Part shown: one piece after another, positions 60,677-64,000 of the stretch
Layout of the letters: each line of letters opens with the position of its first letter
Position numbering within the stretch: position 1 is the stretch's first letter
Assembly (NCBI GenBank): GCA_039815185.1
Contig: JBCBZT010000024.1
Coordinates: 1 to 64,000 of the forward strand
Source: Cyanobacteria bacterium P01_A01_bin.123
Lineage (GTDB): Bacteria; Cyanobacteriota; Cyanobacteriia; Phormidesmidales; Phormidesmidaceae
DNA length: 64,000 nucleotides
Direction: 5' to 3'
Notes under the pieces: model-generated
The model's input: only the letters and a program-made list of their open reading frames with translations
Databases searched by the model: none
What the model was told of the DNA's origin: nothing
Program-made: the position numbers and the translations under genes

Positions 60677-61309
60677 TCAAGAAACTAGTTTCAAACGTAA
60701 GACATTCAAAATGTAGTGTATTTTTTCGCTACCTAAACCTACTCCTACAGCGATGTTTCTTTTATCTTTTAATACTAAATAGCTATTTCCGTCCTCTCTA
60801 CCCTCAGATATTTCTTCGACTTCACTCCAACTAAATTGCTTGTACCAACCAATGGAGCCGACACCAGTAAACAACAATGCTGCATCATCCTCCACTGCAA
60901 TCAGAAAGCGACCAAACAAAGACATTAGCGTAACCCAGACTAATAATATGCTTCCCGCGAGAAAAGGCAATCCAAAAAATATTGCCCTAAGATCGAAATC
61001 GCCGCTATAAATCTGAGTTCCATAAATTTTAGACAAAGATCCGCCAGCCCAAATGATCGTAAATGGAACTAAAAATACCGCCAACATTTTATTATGGCAC
61101 GAAGCTTCTATTGTCCAATTCAATCCTTCCTCAAAAAAATCAACACCTTCTATGATCTGATCAGCATCGAAGTTTTCGCGAGATTTTATCGTCAATAAAT
61201 CGGATAAAGCCTCTAGATTTCCACATTTTGAGCAATACACCGTATCTTTTTCGACATTGATGTTTCTTTCGTCTATGCCTTGCTTACACTCGCTACATTT
61301 AACTTCCAT
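60677..61309 (-). CDS. AT-rich hypothetical membrane protein with N-terminal CxxC...CxxC
   Basis: CSEC and CSKC motifs, two TM helices; visibly AT-rich and no HIP1 site seen. Confidence 0.8.
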   Translation of the reverse strand: MEVKCSECKQGIDERNINVEKDTVYCSKCGNLEALSDLLTIKSRENFDADQIIEGVDFFEEGLNWTIEASCHNKMLAVFLVPFTIIWAGGSLSKIYGTQIYSGDFDLRAIFFGLPFLAGSILLVWVTLMSLFGRFLIAVEDDAALLFTGVGSIGWYKQFSWSEVEEISEGREDGNSYLVLKDKRNIAVGVGLGSEKIHYILNVLRLKLVS

Positions 61310-61669
61310 ACTTGTTAAGTTCCCTTTAAGTCACCATTGCAGTCAGATCAGAAAATCTTTATAAAACATGCACACAGCATGCTAATTAATATGGAATCTC
61401 AGTGTATTTTCAGAGAGATTTGATCTCGATTCTAAAAATACTGATTCTGTGAAAGCCTAAAGGTTATCTTCAGCGGCTCGAGGTTAACTTTCGGGAAGAT
61501 CGATCATTTTGTCGCTATCGATGCGGCGACTAGCGATCGCCTCTATCTCGCCACATCACAAGCGCGCCCTTCACCCCAACACCACCATCAAACGAGCACG
61601 CTCTTCAGTCCTTCAAACCGCTATCGTGCTTAACAAACCTAGGTTGAAATGAAAGGCGCATTCTGCATG

Positions 61670-61733
61670 GGTTACGCTTCGAGAAGGCAAAGCCCACGTT
61701 CCTCAATCCATCCTACGGTGATGGGCGATCGCA
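61670..61733. repeat. About 63-bp direct repeat, copy 1 (REP-derived-like)
   Basis: GGTTACGCTTCGAGAAGGCAAAGCCCACGTTCCTCAATCCATCCTACGGTGATGGGCGATCGCA. Confidence 0.9.
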
Positions 61734-61820
61734 ATCAGATGTACTTTAGATGTATGAGAGATGTATGAGCTTAACGCTGCTCCTAAAGCACGTTTGAAGA
61801 TGTAACTTGTTGGAGTTGAT

Positions 61821-61847
61821 GGTGCGTTAAGCTTTCGCTAACGCACC
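61821..61847. repeat. REP-like palindrome
   Basis: GGTGCGTTA-AGCTTTCGC-TAACGCACC. Confidence 0.7.
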
Positions 61848-61935
61848 GCTAGCGCCGCTCCTTAATGGACTTTGCTTGTCTTCAAGGACTGCCTAGCCCG
61901 CTAAAATTAGCCTAAACAATCACTGCTGCTCTTCC

Positions 61936-62514
61936 ATGATCGCTGCCAAAGACGTTCCACCGCTCCTTACCCCCGAAGACTACTTCGCTTGGGAAGCCCA
62001 ACAACTTGAAAAGCACGAGTATATCGATGGTAAAGTCTATGCCATGAGCGGCAGCAGCGTGAATCATAGCCGCATCTCCGTCCGGCTCACCGCCCTATTC
62101 GATAACCACTTAGAAAGCACTCATTGCATCACCGGCAACTCAGATCTCAAAGTCAACATCGCCGAAAGTCCCAACTATATCTACCCCGACGCTAGCGTCA
62201 CCTGCGACGACCGCGACAAGACGAGCACTCGATACATCACCTACCCCTGTCTAATTGTTGAAGTCCTCTCCGACAGTACCGAAGCCTATGACCGGGGCGG
62301 CAAGTTTAGACTCTACCGCCGCAACCCAGCCTTACAGGAATATCTGCTTGTTGGCTCCACTCGTATCGAAATGGATCTGTATCGTAAAACTGAGGCAGGT
62401 CAGTGGCTTATCCTCAATTATCAGCCTGGTGACATCGTGGAGCTTAAAAGCATCGACCTCAGCTTTCCCATTGAGCAGGTTTATCGTGGGCTTACCCTCA
62501 CCCCAGATGCCTGA
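61936..62514 (+). CDS. Uma2-family endonuclease-like protein
   Basis: KHEYIDG.VYAMSG, YPD..VTCD, P.LIVEVLS.ST..YDRG.KF..YR. Confidence 0.93.
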   Translation: MIAAKDVPPLLTPEDYFAWEAQQLEKHEYIDGKVYAMSGSSVNHSRISVRLTALFDNHLESTHCITGNSDLKVNIAESPNYIYPDASVTCDDRDKTSTRYITYPCLIVEVLSDSTEAYDRGGKFRLYRRNPALQEYLLVGSTRIEMDLYRKTEAGQWLILNYQPGDIVELKSIDLSFPIEQVYRGLTLTPDA

Positions 62515-62537
62515 GACGCTTATGGTTACTTCTTATC

Positions 62538-62600
62538 GGTTACGCTTCGAGAAGGCAAAGCCTACGTTCCTCAATCCATCTACGGCGATGGATGATCGCA
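62538..62600. repeat. About 63-bp direct repeat, copy 2
   Basis: GGTTACGCTTCGAGAAGGCAAAGCCTACGTTCCTCAATCCATCTACGGCGATGGATGATCGCA. Confidence 0.9.
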
Positions 62601-62697
62601 CTGGTGGACAGGCGATCGCAGGCGAATATCCTTATTCCCGATCGCACTAATGTACGGGACAGGCATCTAGGAAAACAGAAGCAGACTAGACAAGCGG

Positions 62698-63009
62698 TCA
62701 AACTCTAAATGGCTCTGATTTTTCATCGAAGTGTAGGGGTAAGACACTTTCAATATTTGCAGTTGGGTGGGGCACGATGTAGTGGGAGGTAACTTCTCCA
62801 TTACAAGGGCAGTTGTTAGCAGCTGCTATGCCTGCCTCCATGGCCCTCTTGACCTCAGCCACAGGCCCTCGAACCACTACAAATTGATGTCCGCTATCGG
62901 CCTGATTAATCCCTAAAAGGGAGACCCGCCCTGCTTTGACCATGGCATCTCCCGCTGCCAGGGAAGCCGGATATCCGTGGGTTTCGATTACGCCGATACT
63001 GTAGAGCAT
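62698..63009 (-). CDS. ccmK: BMC-H shell protein, CcmK (K3-like) paralogue
   Basis: IGVIET.G.PA.LAA.DAMVKAGRV, RGPV.EVKRA.EAG, HYIVP.P..N...VLP......EPFR. Confidence 0.85.
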   Translation of the reverse strand: MLYSIGVIETHGYPASLAAGDAMVKAGRVSLLGINQADSGHQFVVVRGPVAEVKRAMEAGIAAANNCPCNGEVTSHYIVPHPTANIESVLPLHFDEKSEPFRV

Positions 63010-63079
63010 AGTGGAATGATCTGATTACGAAGCTTCTTTGTTCAATATACTTGAGACCCGACACCTACTTTATAGGGTT

Positions 63080-63238
63080 CAACGCTCGACCAATTTTACT
63101 ATTAATGTTCCAATTTATTTGGATAATGAGGTGTTGCAATACTTTTCTACGCAAGCAGAGGCAGAAGGGGTTGATCTAACTGAAATGATCAATGACTTGC
63201 TTAGGAAGGATATTGATTTGATTGAAGGCGTCAAGTAA
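63080..63238 (+). pseudogene. N-terminally truncated BrnA/CopG-like antitoxin fragment
   Basis: NVPIYLD.EVL.YF...A...GV.L..M.NDLLRKDI.LIE; only a weak TTG start and no toxin gene. Confidence 0.5.
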
Positions 63239-63304
63239 GCGATCGCCCCCTTCACCCCATTCCAATAGCGATCGTGTCTTCACTCCAAAAGCAATTGCGC
63301 AGTA

Positions 63305-63538
63305 TCAGGCTGTCTCATCACCTGTTGATTGTGGCATTGATTTAATTAGCGCTCTTAAAACCTTATTAACTGATTCTGGTGTCTTAAAGACTTGGGCCAC
63401 ATCTTCATCCAAAACGACAACTGTCAGATTTTGGGACTTATCGCTGACAGCAAATCGATTTGGTTTTGCTTTTTGGTAGTCGAGGCGATATTCAGGTAGA
63501 AGCTCGTCTTCGTGATTCTGTGTGTGATTGGCTGACAC
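63305..63538 (-). CDS. BrnA-like antitoxin family protein (orphan)
   Basis: DELLPEY.LDY.KAKPNRFA...V.LD.DVA.VF.T.ESVN.VLRALI; GTG at 63538 is the likely start. Confidence 0.7.
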   Translation of the reverse strand: MSANHTQNHEDELLPEYRLDYQKAKPNRFAVSDKSQNLTVVVLDEDVAQVFKTPESVNKVLRALIKSMPQSTGDETA

Positions 63539-63649
63539 TATGTTTTTGGCGGTTAGCGATCGCTTTTGATTGATCCCACTCGAAATCCATATATAGATTA
63601 GGGTTGAGGATGCATCTAGTATAGTGCGATCGCGCTTTCCCTCTAAGAA

Positions 63650-63683
63650 GTAGGGTGCTGTTAGGCGAATGCCGTAACGCACC
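63650..63683. repeat. GTAG-type REP adjacent to RAYT
   Basis: GTAG-GGTGCTGTTA-GGCGAATGCCG-TAACGCACC, 10 bp from the transposase stop. Confidence 0.8.
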
Positions 63684-63693
63684 GTTGGCGTTG

Positions 63694-64000
63694 CTATCGA
63701 TCCCAATCTTTCAAGGCTATTGCTAGCAAGTCATGCTCTCCCCAATTTGGGGCGTAAATATTCTGGTCTAAAAATCGGTGAATGCTTGAGAACTGCCATG
63801 ATTGAGGGGTTTCGCACAAGCCATGATGTACTGGGTTGATATGGATGTAGTCGCAGTGTTGGGCGAAGTCTCGCTCATCGCGGATGAAATGCTCCCAAAA
63901 TCGACGCTGCCACAGGTTGCGTTCTCCTCGCTTTTTTCGGGATGGTGAAATGTTGCGATCAATCTTCAGGTGTTGCCTGTAGTGCCGGGTGACGTAGGTT
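63694..64000 (-). mobile_element. REP-associated tyrosine (Y1/HUH) transposase, RAYT; 3' part only
   Basis: Not in ORF track. Manual translation RKKRGERNLWQRRFWEHFIRDERDFAQHCDYIHINPVHHGLCETPQSWQFSSIHRF...DWDR*. Confidence 0.92.

Noticed and set aside
63768..63962. 64-aa minus-strand ORF in the track
   Set aside because: Wrong frame; the RAYT reading frame covers this interval.
1..64000. Frequent GCGATCGC octamers
   Set aside because: HIP1, a known genome-wide cyanobacterial feature; used only as a lineage and residence marker.
1..64000. tRNA or rRNA genes
   Set aside because: None recognised by eye in the intergenic regions; tRNAscan and Infernal were not run.

Overview
Cyanobacterial chromosome segment, probably a filamentous Leptolyngbyaceae-like lineage (very frequent HIP1 octamer GCGATCGC; petC-petA, CcmK-like shell gene, Uma2 genes). 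Four accessory regions sit among housekeeping genes (ureD, cdsA, murD, glyS, prs, petCA). (1) 1-4959: an ATPase coupled to an NLR-like TPR/STAND/WD40 gene with near-identical 123-bp repeats; the latter is absent from the ORF track because it runs off the window. (2) 7642-24671: the tail half of a contractile injection system (eCIS, Afp/PVC-like). It has two Pvc16/DUF4255 genes, its own kinase and NarL/LuxR regulator with 7-2-7 boxes, a sheath, four tube paralogues, two chaperones and a 2109-aa repeat protein, but no spike, baseplate or ATPase. The strongest hidden signal is a complete -1 programmed frameshift cassette (internal SD, G-GGG-GAA, hairpin) that would fuse the second chaperone to a start-less DUF6760-like frame, as in phage gpG/gpGT. 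(3) 50474-58569: a LarA-like enzyme, AEC permease, binding lipoprotein and two Cache receptors with no output domain. (4) 60450-64000: a RAYT/REP-associated patch of antitoxin remnants, Uma2 and an orphan CcmK-like gene. All family calls come from motif recognition by eye; no database searches were run.
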